Source: a virus (taxonomy: Duplodnaviria > Caudoviricetes). From it: a stretch of DNA of 46,895 nt. The stretch lies in the IMG/VR virus record IMGVR_UViG_3300048599_000916, positions 1 through 46,895 of that record, one strand, 5' to 3'. The translations under genes and the position numbers were made by a program. Of the stretch, positions 46,285-46,895 are shown one piece after another; the first letter of the stretch is position 1; every line of letters begins with the position of its first letter. The notes beneath the pieces are model-generated. The model was given only the letters and a program-made list of their open reading frames with translations. It was not told the origin of the DNA and made no database searches.

Positions 46285-46566
46285 TTAGGCTGACCTGCGT
46301 TTATTTGACCTTTCTGTCTGAAGAGCCAGAAAGTTGAGCACTTCTTGTTTAGTATATCTCAAATTTTTGCCTATTTGGATGCCTTTGAGAAGGTTTTTAT
46401 CTCTGTAATATTTAAGGGTATAAGAACATCCTTTTCCATCCTCATCCAACCTCAGGAATTTTATTACTTCTTGTTCAGATAGAACCTCTGGAGCTGGTTG
46501 TCCATCAGGCATAAAACAAATATTCGATATGTATTTAAACTCATTATTCTCGCTCATATAATTCAA
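46285..46566 (-). CDS. Excisionase-like HTH protein
   Basis: VLSEQEVIKFLRL..TLKYYR..GKNLRY. Confidence 0.75.
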   Translation of the reverse strand: MNYMSENNEFKYISNICFMPDGQPAPEVLSEQEVIKFLRLDEDGKGCSYTLKYYRDKNLLKGIQIGKNLRYTKQEVLNFLALQTERSNKRRSA

Positions 46567-46895
46567 AAACTCTTATAAAAATAGTATTACTGAAATAGAT
46601 TATATAAAAAAACGTTTCACTTTTCAGAAGAATTTTTTGGAGGGGAATAAATTTTTTAAGAACGTTCAATTTGACCGAAGTGATTTTGAAATGAAATTTT
46701 GTTTTACTGTCTTTGCTATGTCCCAGATTTGTCTCAGACTTCACAGGCGGCTCTGTGATAAGTTTTTCTATTATTGTATGTCGTCAGCAAGAATGGCACA
46801 AAAGAAGCTTAATTCTAAGAGAGCTTTTTCGGCTCCACTACACTCATTTTACTATTAACTTTTTTTCTTTCAACCATTGTTTTATGCTTTAGCTC

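Larger units (their letters stand above)
43832..46895. mobile_element. Left part of a second integrative element
   Basis: Second integrase and Xis-like gene, TCCAGC repeats near att, visibly more AT-rich. Confidence 0.65.

Noticed and set aside
46544-46858. ORFs 46544-46744 and 46637-46858
   Set aside because: AT-rich, mutually overlapping, no motifs; more likely the regulatory region of the second element
1-46895. CRISPR array or stop-codon reassignment
   Set aside because: No regularly spaced repeat-spacer array; long genes are intact in the standard code

Overview
Positions 1 to ~43831 are an apparently near-complete temperate siphovirus prophage. The host is probably Planctomycetota/Phycisphaerae, inferred from a dockerin cargo gene and the gene style. 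Gene order: tyrosine integrase; divergent switch of two ribbon-helix-helix (RHH)-like genes; Xis; YqaJ/SSAP/NinB recombination; replication initiator; RusA and small early genes; ParB/MTase-like/radical-SAM block; MoxR-type AAA and vWA-like pair; lambda-type terminase and portal; protease-capsid fusion; a block of secreted proteins; non-contractile tail with a -1 frameshifted chaperone; large receptor-binding protein; DUF4942-type methyltransferase; lysozyme-like endolysin; and attR (3' half of tRNA-Val GAC). Past attR lies the edge of a second integrative element with its own integrase and Xis. The best candidate for a new system is non-coding. A promoter-driven ~62-nt RNA at 15661-15722 has two single-stranded arms flanking a hairpin. 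Joined, the arms are the exact reverse complement of the SD-plus-start-codon sequence at 39596-39611 and nearly match the equivalent sites of three more dispersed phage genes. The promoters of those genes also carry 10-bp-phased TGCTA boxes, seen at seven promoters in total. All calls come from reading the sequence by eye; no searches were run.
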